A DNA stretch of 63,617 nucleotides, counting the filler, from Choristocarpus tenellus KU-1152 (taxonomy: Eukaryota > Protista > Phaeophyceae), in the NCBI GenBank assembly GCA_964200185.2. It is 10 parts of 10 records of this genome, joined end to end, with 100 filler letters (N's around TTAATTAATTAA, not from the genome) between each part and the next. Parts side by side here need not be neighbours in the genome. Positions count along the whole stretch, not along the records: positions 27,173 to 35,243 come from CAXNAD020005198.1; positions 35,344 to 45,587 come from CAXNAD020003047.1; 8 more parts are not named here. One strand, 5' to 3'. Every line of letters starts with the position of its first letter. Positions within the stretch are counted from its first letter, which is position 1. Under the pieces are notes generated by a model that was not told the origin of the DNA, searched no databases, and saw only the letters and a list, made by a program, of their open reading frames with translations. Positions 27,173 to 39,562 of the stretch are shown here, piece after piece. The translations under genes and the position numbers were made by a program.

Positions 27173-28934
27173 GTCAGAATGTCGGCATGACAACCCCCCC
27201 GTCGACTCCCCCGCGTAGGAAGGGCACCCAAGTGTCCCTGAATACCAGGGGTTGCGCTTGCAGTGCAGCACGCCCTCGTGATGGTCCCTGGTGAGCATAA
27301 ATTGCCGCGACATGTTGGGCCGGCCCTCGCAACGGAGTTTAGAGTGCATGAGCGTTACATGCGAGGGCTCTGGGAAAACGTCGCCGATCAGCTCGCCTGT
27401 GGCCACATGCTTGACCTAGGGGGGACGGCACGTAGTGGGCGGCCTTCAGAGCCCACACCGACCAAGATGGCCGCAATACATGATATCAACTCCGATGATG
27501 ATCGGTCGGTCGTCCACAGTGCATCAGGTGACAATGAAGATGGCCACCAAGGGGCTGAATTATAGCACGAGACCCACAAAGAGGTGGTTGGATTATATGG
27601 GGGCCATGCCGAATCGCCGCTGGATCAAACCCAGGCTTTAACCGTGACCAAAGGTATGGAGAATGGACTTTGTTTGCAATCAAGTGGACCAGAAATATGG
27701 TGTGTATGCCTCTATGGCGAACATGATCCATGTGGGTGAAACCTTGTTTTACGTGATGGCTGATGGGGAAAGGGTTAGGGCATTTCCGCATGAAGATGAT
27801 AGCGACCTTCCAGGGTCCTCTAGTGTGTCGTATCCCCCAAACCATGATCATTGCAACCAACGCCCGACCAGATTCGACTCACAGCTTTGATGGAAAGCTT
27901 GGTGTTTGGCGCCAAAAACGGCAGACAGGACAGTCAAGAACCATAAAAAGGGGAATGAGTATGAACAGGATTGTACTCTAGACCATTTGTGGTACAGGAA
28001 GTGGTACACGGAGGAGTTACTGCCTGCAATCAAGACCAAGATTCCTTGGTTGCAGGTGAAGCGTTACGGTCAAATAACGCGACTATTCTTCCCCAGGTTC
28101 TAACAAACGCAACAGTATACACGCGTGTGGAGAACCTTCTAAAGAGGAACTCCGATTTGCTAAAGGCTGCAGAGTACAATCTGTAACTTGGGAATGTTGT
28201 AACGGTTTTCAGATGTGTTCCAACTTCTGTTAACCAAAACAAAATAAAATGCAAAAGATAATAAAAGAAATAAGAGCACTGCTAATAAACAGCCCCCCAT
28301 ACCCTCTTTCTTTGATTTGATGCCAAGTACCCACTGACGTTGAATGAGAGAGAAGCACCCCCTGTTCTACTAACCTGAAGCGTGTTGGATTAACTGGACT
28401 GCTGAAGTATCTTGAAAGGCTATCTTGTCAGGGGCAGGAAAGACTGAGGGGTGGTTGATTAGGCTTGTGACACAGCCATCTAACTCCCCCGACCTCAATA
28501 TCATGGACTTGTGCTTCTTCAGGTCTTTGAAATGCTGGGTGATGGGGAAGTGGTTTGGGTCGGTTGATCAGATGGTGAAGGTCATTAAGAAACATTATGA
28601 GGAGTATGGTGAAACCACACTTGAGAGGGCTTGGCAGCTCCTTTTTGTGGTGTACAATCAAGTGCTTAGATACAAAGGGGAGAATGACTTCAGTGTGGGG
28701 CACACAGGGATAAGGAAGAGGCAGTTGTCTGGTGATTTTGAAAACACGCCGAAGGTAGACATGGAGGCTTCTTCTGCGACTGATAAAATTGTGATGGATG
28801 GGGAGTAATAATAATACAAGGAGCTGGCCCTAACCAGAAATTTGTCAAGGATTTCAAATCTTCCTTCAGAATAAATTTCATCAAGATCTTCAAAATATAT
28901 GGACAACGCGAACAGACTTATGGTACGGAGGTAG
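27173..28934 (+). mobile_element. DD39D (plant-type) mariner transposon; transposase pseudogenised, left end missing
   Basis: N-terminal HTH (ALATEFRVHERYMRGLW...SGRP), IHVGETLFY (VHxDEKWFY with D>G), NARPD...FDGKLGVW, LLPAIKTK, GWLIRLVTQPSNSPDLNIMDLCFF. Right TIR GGTACGGAGGTAG followed by TA (Stowaway/mariner-type end). Confidence 0.9.
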
Positions 28935-29580
28935 TACTATATAAATCCAAGTAATTCCTGCCCTTACAAACATTGCAACTCTGTAGAGCTAGAACTGTTT
29001 CCCGTTTAATACTTGAGAATGTCACTTAAAAGGCAACTCTCTAGATTGACACCATGCAATCATACTATTTTGGAGTATAGCTCTATGTGGATCAGAGTAC
29101 GATGCCAGAACTTTACTTCAACATGTAATAAGCTCCCTCACACGCTAAGACGCAAGGAGTTGTGGCACAATCATATCTCCCCTTCGGAGCCTGTCAGGAA
29201 AGCAATCCCTGAGGGGCCCGGCCCCTTCAGGATGGGTCTGTTTAATAGTACCAATGACTGTTACATTAATCTGAGGGGTCCCAGAGCCATGGCCAAAAAG
29301 GTAGCCCAAAGCAGCAAGACGGCAATACAAAGCGCTTGCAAAAAGGCAAGAAGGACAAAAAAATACACTGAAAGAGAAAGGAAAAGATTAAATAAAGTAA
29401 ATGAAATGAATCAAAAAGGAAGAATAGCACCTGTAGAAGAACAACAACATTGCCCGAATATTACAGAGAGAATTGAAGAAAGAAAAAGAGTGTAAGATTA
29501 TCAGCTCAAAAAGAAAACAGCATTCAACACACAGTAATGGTGGTGGTGTTGGAGGCTTGGGTGACCTTCTCTGCTGCTTT

Positions 29581-29838
29581 GGCGTGACGTATATTAGAGG
29601 GTAGAGCCTCGTCCATTTGGGAGCCACCATCCAATTTTGCGATTTTGATGTGATTTTGGCTATTATGTTTGTTACGAAGTGTCAATATCCATGTTTCGGA
29701 CATACCTTTTCATGGCGTATACATTTTACCTACTCCTAAATATTTTGGAGTAGGAAAATGTCATAAAAAACCCATGGGAAGCCAAGCCCCAAATGGACAA
29801 ACAGGGTAAAACTCGTACCCTCTAAGATACTTTCGCTC
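29581..29838 (+). mobile_element. MITE family A, degenerate left TIR
   Basis: Colinear with other copies; intact right TIR TACCCTCTAAGATACTTTCGCTC. Confidence 0.88.
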
Positions 29839-29849
29839 TTACTTATCAC

Positions 29850-31740
29850 AGCTTCTTTGGAATGCCATTCGGCCCATGAACCTTGTTGTGCAGTCAGCCA
29901 CACACTCAGACACTTCTGTTGGATAGTGACGGTCGTGCTCCAACCCTCAACACCAATTCCAAACATGTCGAGATCATCTTGGAGGCACGCCTCTACCAGT
30001 TCTTTTCCTGTCCACCTCCCTTCCGTTTTCCATTTGCAACCGCCCCAAACATCAATATCTTGGGAAGCCGCTCATCCCTCATGCGAGCAGCTTACCCAGA
30101 ACGTAGGAGCCTGCACTCGCACACCTTTGCCTCGATACTCCCACACCAGTCTTCATATGAGATCTTTGTACTCCGTAGTATGATATTCGTGCATTCCTAT
30201 TCGCAGAAACCTATTGCAGCAAAAGAGGAATCTGGGGTGGTGGGAGCAGAGCTTTAGATAGTGTGCCCTGCAGAAGTGTTGGCGTCATACAACCATATAT
30301 CATAAGTTCAATAAGTTCAGCTTTGAGCAGTTGAATATTAAGTTCAAATGAGACATCTGAGGTCCCTGTAATAACGGACTTGAAAGGATTTGCGAAAGCA
30401 ACTCTTAAGCTTGAGAATCCTCTGGCTGAGCTCAATAGTTATAGCGGCAACATCACTGATGGTTCCCTCAAGGAAAAAATACCATCAGCCTTGCTTGTAA
30501 GTCTGGTCTAGTCAGTGCCTGGACCTGCTTGGTTTTTCAGCATCCAGAGGGGCAAAGATACGAAGGTCTCCATCATTAATGTCGATGAAGTCAGACTCAA
30601 TGGTCTGGCCACTTTGACCTTCATTGTCAACATCCTGACGAAATCTCGTTCGGTTTTAGAGACCATGCCTGCATCATCAGTATAAAGCATACGCCACAAA
30701 TGGTGCTCAGATTTTATCCCACCCCCTGAGTCTCCTTCTCTGATGGGGTTGTTTGCGCTGCTGTCTTCATATCAATAAAGATCCTTGGAGACGGTCGGGT
30801 TAGATGTGAACCCCCGAACTGCCACATTTACCACTGCAGTGAAGAAATTTTTTTGAAGAGGATCGAAGCAAGAACACACCACTGCTGAAGGTCCTGTCCA
30901 ACCTCAAACCGGCCTCTAACTCTGCTATCATCCATGTGAACATACACCCTGTCAAACAACGTAGTGTTGTCCTTATGTTGTGTGTGCTGATACAAGTATA
31001 TAACATAGTTTTATGGACGTTTATCTTAGTTCGGTACAACACAAAATAGTAACGTACATATAGCGGTATGATTAGTCAGTCTTTGGTCATACGTCAGAAA
31101 TATTTAATGGCTAAGACGAACGGTTAGCGAATAATCAATATTCAGTGAATGTTCACCATGTAAACCAGTGACTTTGGGCGACGAGCCTTTTTCATGCGCT
31201 AAGCTATTCAACACACCCTCATGCCATAACAGAATTGACCCCGACTATAGAGATCACCTTCGAAGGTACGCCAAATTTGGACAACAAAACTCACTGCAGA
31301 TTACGATCAACAGAGCTAAAAGTATTTTGTAGATAAATATGATATTTACGGGCAAGGTCTCGTACAGTATACACCATGTCCAATGTAGAGTTTCAGGGCC
31401 GGAAACCACACTGTTCCTCCCTCATGAAGAATGTTCTCCCGTTCCAGGTGTTCCCCCAACCGCCGTCCGATAACTTTGAGGAGGAATTTGCCAGTATATG
31501 CCGCCAATGAGATACCCCTGTAGTGTTCATGATCGGTGTGGTCTTCCTTCTTGAAGAGCACAGTGATGGCCTCATCTTTCCAGACCTGTGTCACAACTTC
31601 CTGGTTCCACACGATCTTGCAATAACCCTGAAGGATAACCACATCCTCCTGTAGCTCTAGCTTTAGGAGGTCAACCAGTAGATTATCTGGGCCCATAACC
31701 TTCCCGTTTCCCATTTGCCATATTGCTTCAGTCACTTCAA
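29850..31740 (-). mobile_element. RTE-clade non-LTR retrotransposon, decayed reverse transcriptase; unrelated insert at about 31000-31340
   Basis: Motifs in order: GKVMGPD, WKDEAITVLFKK, YRGISL, EEQCGFRP, degenerate QGC (GQDLQQWCVL), MLYTDD, IYGC, RMRDERLPKILMFG...GQEKNW. Confidence 0.88.
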
Positions 31741-31799
31741 TAATCGTTGGAGGAGTAGTAAAGGCATGAATGAGGGTTGTTGATTGTGGGCTACAGCAT

Positions 31800-33700
31800 A
31801 TTTATACTTGAGGTCAACCAAGTTGGAATACCTTTTTCAACTCCTGGAAGGTAGACACCCTCGCCCCTATGAGCAGTTTGCTAGCATTCTTCAAGGCCTT
31901 CTCGAAGGTGGCATTTTTTGGGTCTGTGCGTAGTTGTTTCAATGCCATTCCTGTTCCGCCCAGGGTTCCGGGATGTTTGCTTGAGTTTGTTCACTTAAAT
32001 ATCAATCACCGTCTACGCAGCACCCTCGAGCAAGGGTTAGGAAGAATTGTTTTTGGTATTAATTAATGTTCAAATCTATACCATTTTCTAGAAGTAGTAT
32101 TATTATTGTAGGTGTGGGAACAGGTTCCGCTTTTTTGGGATCTGTTGAACCTGTTGGATGTGGATAATGCACGCGACTCACTTTACAATCAAGGTCAATG
32201 CAGATGATGGGGTACCGTTCAGACGCAGGACAGCCTGACCGTAACCCCAACATGAATGGATAGTAGATTCAATCTAGGAAAGGTCAAAATTGTGTGTTGT
32301 GTTCTAACTCGTCGCTACCAATCACAGTGGAGACTGATCAACATCCTACTCTGACGATGACGACGTAAGCCCAGTATGCCTCTACTCCATCTCTCACTTC
32401 CTTCCTGAGTCTCATCTCTGGTGGTTCTCACCACCCCTCATCACACAGAACCAGACCCCATGACATAGTAGTACCAATAACAGTGTAGTATTATTGAATC
32501 ATTGTATTTTACACCGCCTCTATATATACACGAAATCTCTGTCTTTTGTTTGAGTTTGGTGATGAACATGGAAAAACTGTGACGGGGCCATATGCCACGT
32601 TTTCAGGTGACGTTTTCTTGGTCACTCCTCCACTCTTCCTTATCCCTGACGTGCTTAGTGTGGAAAAAACCTCGTTACGGACAACCTTACCGTTTGCTAC
32701 CGTCATTCAGGCAAGTTTATCCCTCGCAAGGTTCCGTTACAACACCACGCTGGTCAGGTACTCTCTTCGGCTCAAGTCAGAGCACGGTGAAGGGATTTAG
32801 TGATCTTCACACCTTGAATATGTCGGGAGTGAATTCGACATCAATGCAAGGGAAGAGAAAGGGAAATCGTCGAGGGGATGAGTCGGCATATGTAGCAGAG
32901 GCTGAGCCAGGCAAGCGATCCAAGGGGCTGATGGCGAATTGCAGAGAGAGGCGAAAACCCGAATGGTTTGATGACTGCAGGTTGCGTTACCTTACTAAAG
33001 CATCATCGCCAAAATCTGAAGGTATGTAGACCATGGACCTTCCTTTCCTGACAGAGCTCCAAAGCTCAACCACTCCGTGGCGTACAACAACTATACAACC
33101 TGTCGCTGATCTCGTTCAGGATATGCACGGATAAGGATTGATTCGCCAGGAAGACATAATATCACGCGTTCGGAATCGATTAGATGCCTTGTATTCAGTT
33201 GTATTCAATTGTTATCAATTGGCAGGTAGAACGGATATTGTCCATTGCTCACGCCTTGTCTCGTCTCGTTTCGGTTATTTTTTCAGGCGAATGTGTAATC
33301 TATTGGATGAGCCGTGATCAACGTGTGGAGGATAACTGGGCAATGCTCTATGCCAAGCACCTTGCAGATCAGGTGAGATAATCCCGAAGTAGTGCCAGAG
33401 TTATCGTCTGACCTCGGTGCTTGGGCATGGCCAGGAAGGTGCAGTGGCAACACATTTCGAGTACCACAAGGGTATTATTAGCGACATTAGCTAAACACGA
33501 ATTCCCAGTCTTTTGCTTTCAAACACCTCTCGCCTTGTTTGAAACCTCTTCAAACATGGTGGAAATGAGCAGCTAGCGTAAGTGTTGCTGCCATGGACTT
33601 GCGTCGTTTCGCTTTTCAGCTAGCAACCTCCAATACCCTTTGATCGCACAGATCTAGCTGGGATACCCCTTATATGCATGGCCTCCTATTATAATAACCT
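31800..33700 (-). mobile_element. Possible decayed LTR-retrotransposon gag/protease relic
   Basis: TVANGKVV is typical of the retropepsin flap region. Otherwise stop-riddled; boundaries approximate. Confidence 0.3.
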
Positions 33701-35430
33701 CGAGCATTGGGAATGAGGGAATGCCACTGAACGGCGTTAGATAATCCCCTAAAGTTTGTGGTGTTATCTCTAGTTTTTTTTACTGTTCATGTTGATCTCA
33801 CCCCTCTAAGTAAAGACACTACTGGCAAACACCAACAACAATACTTACACCTCTCTACTTTGATCTCGAGCAACAACCTGAATCTGTTTTTTGCAACCCT
33901 TTTGCTTCACAATAGAGTCTCTGGCTTGCGTTGTTCTCTCCTAACGTTAGGTTTGGTTTCAGTACGAACAATGTGGGACTTGACAAGACTTACAGTTACA
34001 CATCTATGTCCATATATGCCCCTCTCACAACACTATCTCGTCAAATGGTGCCACTGATTTTTCCGTCAACTAACCACATAATGTTTGCACCCTGAAGTTG
34101 AAAATATGTTTGTGTCCTTCGTGAGAGACCCAACAAATCTTCCACTTTCCACTGATCTTATGCTTATTTGCAGGGGGGAGTTCCACTGGTGGTGGCTTTT
34201 GTTCTCGGAGCGTGGCCTGTCAGCTCTCCAAAGGTTAGTTCCTCTTGAAGTGGCGTACATTGCTGGTCAGTCTCCACACCAGCTGTCAATCTTTTTTGTA
34301 GAGGTGATAAGCACGGATTGTAACCTTGGAGTTCAGTTTTTGTGTTTGTCAAGTATATCTTATGATTACTGTCATTACATGTCTATAATGCTGCTTAAGC
34401 ACCTCGCTAAATTGATCCTTCGAAGTATCATGTAATGTCTCTGTACCTTGCTTTTCATGTTGGCACACAAACTTTACTAAACTGCAACCTCCAGCCTTCA
34501 TCCGAGCATATCCTGATCCATGTCCTCAAGACACCATCATTATCTGACTGCACTAATTCATGAAGCTTTTTGGGGGCTAAGATGGTTATGCTTCAGGGTT
34601 AGGGTTAGGGTGTGCTGAAGGTTTCAGGTTACTGAGTGGAAATTAGGAAGGCGGTCAATCCAATTGAACCTAGTATTGCTGACCAAAGAACACTTCCAGG
34701 TGGGAGTGAGCAGGTTTGAGACAATAGACCTCAATGGTAATGTCTGTACTACAGTTGAGTGTCACTGGAATGGCAATGGGCATTTGTGAAAAATTTCAAC
34801 GGCCCTTAGGACATATATTGTGCCCTTTGTACTCATTGCACCCAAGGTGTAATGGTCAAGCTTGAAGCTTTGCAGGCTCAATTCATTGTGGTAAGTTGTG
34901 GTAAGTTTGCTGGAGGGTAGTAGCCCTGCTAAAGCCATGGTATAGACCATTGACCTCGTCATCCAGATGAAGTTTTTGTAGTTTTGAGTTAACCAGAGGA
35001 TATCCTGATGACTGTGTACAGCTGCCTGGCATGCAAGATATTTCAATGAGATGTGTTTTAAGTTCCCTCCTGTATGCTTGTGGCTCCTCCACAGCTTTGC
35101 CACTTCTAACGACAATTGCAGTATCTTCAATCTGCATCATCAATCGGGACTGACTCTCCCTCAACCCCCCCCCCCCGCTGACTATTGTTAGCCAGAGATG
35201 ACTTGAAATAACGCAAGCTTGTAATAGTACCCTATCTTTCAAANNNNNNNNNNNNNNNNNNNNNNNNNNNNNNNNNNNNNNNNNNNNTTAATTAATTAAN
35301 NNNNNNNNNNNNNNNNNNNNNNNNNNNNNNNNNNNNNNNNNNNCAACTGGCATGGTCTTTTCGAGCAACAGGTGGTCTTGGGCAGTGAGAAGGTGTAGGA
35401 GTGATTAGATTTGAAGACGAGCGTATGAAT

Positions 35431-36604
35431 TTTGTTTGAGCCTCGGGCGATCGGTGGGACAACCCTGAGATCCATGATCCTGAAAATCCGTACGATACAC
35501 TTTTTGGAAGTTGTAAATCAGATTCTATCCGTTATTACTATTTTTTTTAAATCCTATTATATCAGTGATTCGTACTTTTTAAGTTACCAATCACATACTT
35601 GATTGATATTGTACATTTCCAATGTTCCGAAACCAACTTTGTTTGAGCCTCGGGCGATTGGTGGGACAACCCTGAGATCCATGATCCTGAAAATCCGTGC
35701 GTTAAATTTTTCGGAAGTTGTAAAACAGGTTATATCCGTGATATCTATTTTTTTTAAATCCTATTATATCAGTGATTTGTATTTTTTAAGTTACTAATCA
35801 CATACTTGATTGATATTGTACATTTCCAATGTTCCGAAACCAACTTTGTTTGATCCTCGGGCGATTGGTGGGACAACCCTGAGATCCATGATCCTGAAAA
35901 TCCGTGCGTTACATTGGTTCGGAAGTTGTAAAAATATTATATCCGTGATATCTATTTTTTTTAAATCCAGCTATATCAGTGTTTTGTATTTCTTAAGATG
36001 CCAATCACATACTTAATTGATATTGTACATTTCCAATGTTCTGAAACCAACTTTGTTTGATCCTCGGTTGATCGGTGGGACCACCCTGAGATCCATGATC
36101 CTGAAAATCCCTGTGTTACATTTTTCGGAAGTTGTAAATCAGATTATATCCGTGATATCTATTTCAAAAAAATCCAATTATATCAGTGATTTGTATTTCT
36201 TAAGATGCCAATCACATACTTAATTGATATTGTACATTTCCAATGTTCCGAAACCAACTCTGTTTGAGCCCCAGGCGTTCGGTGGGACCACCATGAGTTC
36301 CATGATCCTGAAAATCCCTGTGTTACACTTTTTGGAAGTTGTAAATCAGATTATATCCATACTTACAATTTTTTTTTAATACGAAGCACATACTTGATTG
36401 ATATTGTACATTTCCAATGTTCCGAAACCAACTTTGTTTGAGCTCTGGGCTATCCGTGGGATCACCCTGAGATCCATGATCCTGAAAATCCGTGTATCTC
36501 ATTTTATGAGTTTCTAAATCTGATTATATCCGTACTTACAAGTTGTTTAAAATACAAAGCACATACTTCATTGATCTTGTATGTTTCCAATGTTCATTAA
36601 CCAA
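35431..36604. repeat. Tandem array: four 207-bp units plus two shortened (about 174-bp) units
   Basis: Unit starts GTTTGA(G/T)C at 35434, 35641, 35848, 36055, 36262, 36436; conserved CCATGATCCTGAAAATCC and TTGATATTGTACATTTCCAATGTT. Confidence 0.97.
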
Positions 36605-36703
36605 AACGTAAAAAAACAACTCTAACCCTCTACATATTTGAAGTTCCAAATCTTAGCAAATTGGACATATGGATTGTCATAAATTGTAGAGGCGACAAAA
36701 AGT

Positions 36704-37050
36704 GGTTCTTTAGGTAAACGTGATCCGCGCGGATCCCGTTTACCTAAAGAACCCCTTTACATGTGCGTTAGGGTTTTTTTAAATAGGCAATCCAGCAATA
36801 ACCGTTCTTAGAGTTTTTAAAAATACCAAGAACGCACTTTATAGGTCTCACACGTTTCCAATTTTCAGAAACTAAAAGAACACTTCCAACTGGTATCCAC
36901 AATTTATTTAAATACTAAAGACGCCAAAAAGCGGACTTAGTATTTAAATAAACACTAGAGACTACAAAAAAGCGGATCTATGGTATTCAAGATCCGCGCG
37001 GATCTTGCTTACCGTTGAACACCCAAAACACGTGCGTTAGGGTTTTTACA
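36704..37050. promoter_or_regulatory. Cluster of three long palindromes, two with the core GATCCGCGCGGATC
   Basis: 36704-36753: 50-bp palindrome with one mismatch. 36903-36952: 16-bp perfect arms. 36988-37007: 20-bp perfect palindrome. Each GC-core palindrome is followed by GTGCGTTAGGGTTTT (telo-box-like). A regulatory role is inferred. Confidence 0.6.
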
Positions 37051-37829
37051 AGATTAGAATATTCTAATCTTTACATCAAGAAATACAGATACAAACCACA
37101 TCCTTCATTGATCTAATACGTTTAAAAAGTACAAAACGAAAAGGTAACAAAAATACAGGTACTATCTGTCCCATTTCAATATGAAATCGTATGCTGTTTG
37201 ATATTCGTATTTTTTATATCACAGTTCTCGTAAAAAATGTGAAATCTGAGTTTTGAGGACCGACAGCCTAGATGAAATAAAACAGCACCTCCCATCTCTC
37301 AGTCCTCATTTATTCCCTTCCGTAGATACCACGCAGACCTCTTACTTATCCATCCCCATCACACCCTCCCAATCTTCGCCATGTCCAACATTCCCTCAAC
37401 AACAACCCACCCGCCCGCCGATGGCGCTGCCCACAGATCGAGAACGCGGGACAGCAATCAGAAGGGCATGTCCCAGCTCCTAGAGCATCACTACCTCGGA
37501 TCGTACGAAATGAAACTAACAAACATCACATGCACGGAGATGGTGCGTCCTTTAAGCGAGCGTGGCCTTGCGCGCGTGAGGGAGTCTATACAGGAGAAAG
37601 GCTGGCTGGATCAGTTGGCTCCAAGTGTTGTCATCCAGCTAGACTGTTTAGGTAATGTGGACCAGCTCAACGCCGAAACTGCGCTTGCCATTGAAGGGCG
37701 TGTACTGGACGGAAACCATAGAATAACGGTGCTGAAGAGAGAGTTTGATCCCGAACGCGCTTTCACCATGCGGATCTACATGGAGTTCAACCAAGCAGAA
37801 GAGAGGTTAATTGCCAACGGTGGGTGATG

Positions 37830-38193
37830 GAGTGTTTTCGTTTTTCCATAATCGCCTGACCGTTCTGATCAACTAAGCAATAAAGTAAGTTGAGTGTTCT
37901 CATTGATCCATGTTCGCCTGTTGACTATTACCATCAAGTAAGCAACAAAGTTTGTTGATAATCATCACTTTGTTCCATGATCGCCTGACCATTCTGATCA
38001 ACAAAGCAACAAAGTAAGTTGAGTGTTCTCGTTGATCCATGATCGCCTGATGAATATTACCATCAAGTAAGCAACAAAGAAAGTTTATAATCATGACGTT
38101 GTTCCATGATCGCCTAACCATTCTGATCAACTAAGCACTGAAGTAAGTTGAGTGTTTTCGTTGTTCCATGATTGCCTGATGACTATTCTGATC
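37830..38193. repeat. Intronic minisatellite with 129-bp higher-order period (62+67-bp subunits)
   Basis: GAGTGTT at 37830, 37892, 38021, 38150; a CCAT-x-x-T-x-GCCT core recurs in every subunit. Confidence 0.9.
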
Positions 38194-39303
38194 TACGAAG
38201 TTGTTGCCGAGTTTCCTTTGCTTGGTTCATCGTCAGCCAGCCCATTGTGGATCTTTTTGTTGCTCATCTTTTTTATCCCTCGTGGTAGTCCTGTCCACAG
38301 CAACATGTTGCTCAGTGCCGCAGGCCGCGTGTATCCCACGACCGCTCCCTGCCTAACCCTTGTCCTGTTCGACCACTGCACCGCCATGCTTATAGCATTC
38401 AATGACGCGACTGAGAGTGTGGTTGAGCGCACGTTATACGATAAGATATATTTTCAGCATGAGCTCCAAGAAGCTATCAAGCGACAGACGAAGAAAAAAG
38501 AAGTGCCACTAGTAGAGATCCGCAGAGTGTACAAAAAGGTGAGAGAGTTGTCAAGATTGGTGGGATGGTCGCGCTCTACTCCTCCTCTAGTTGGGTTACA
38601 GCTGTTGCGAAATCTCTCTGTGTCCTGCTATTCAACCTAAGTTGAGATAGTTATCCCGTGTTTAGATACCCTGTCAACCAATTTATTGATTTTCGGGTGA
38701 CCATGTAGTATGTATGTGTGGTTAACCACAGATGTGCAATAAAAAACGCCCTTGATTGTTTTATCGACGGTGTTGCCTGAAACCCCCCCCCCCCCACGCA
38801 CACATACATACCGCGTTGGCGTGGTAATAACGATGCCTCATCCTCGCTGACTGGGCGCATAATAATTTCCGTTTTCTGCCCATCGCGAAGGTGGGTGTTA
38901 CTCCCCCGGCGAAAACAACTCTACGAAACTGGCAGCAAGGCCTAAAGTCCCTTCGACCAGAGTCCTTTCAGGTACTGAAGGAAGTGTGTGAGACCTCGTC
39001 ACCACACATTGACCGCAACGCAGTCACACTAAACTATCTGATGAGCGAGGAGGTTTGCCGGCTTCACTTCTCTCAAGCAGGTGCTATGTATCCACCTGCT
39101 TGCTAGGCAAGTCAAAACGCCACTATGTTTTATCATGTAGACAGAAGTAAGCGCAATTTGTGCAGGTCGCAGCACATTGCACAGGAGCGTGAAATAAGTG
39201 TCTCCTGCGACGAAGAATGTAGTCGACCATTGTTGTGTCGAACGAAAATCCCTTCGTAGTATTGTGGTAATTCTACAAACAGTGTGTGTTTCCTGTGTAT
39301 GTG

Positions 39304-39562
39304 GAGTCAAAGTATCTTAGAGGGTAGAGCCGCGTCCATATGGGGACCAAAATCCCATGTCGTAATTTTGATGTAATTTTGACTTTCATGTTTGTTTGGA
39401 GATGTCAATATCCTTGTTCCGGACACACCTTTTCATAACGTATACATTTTGCCTACTCCAAAACATTTTGGAGTAGGCAAAATGTCATTAAAAACCCGTG
39501 GGGATCCAAGTCCCAAATGGATAAATAGGGAAAAACTTGTACCCTCTAAGATACTTTAACTC
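39304..39562 (+). mobile_element. MITE family A, full length
   Basis: Both TIRs present; TSD TGTG. Confidence 0.95.

Noticed and set aside
35603-36223. Three tandem 64-68-aa ORFs (MILYISNV...)
   Set aside because: By-product of the 207-bp (3n) period; TTG starts and no coding evidence.
35431-38193. CRISPR-like array
   Set aside because: Whole units are repeated with no unique spacers, and no cas genes are present; these are tandem repeats.
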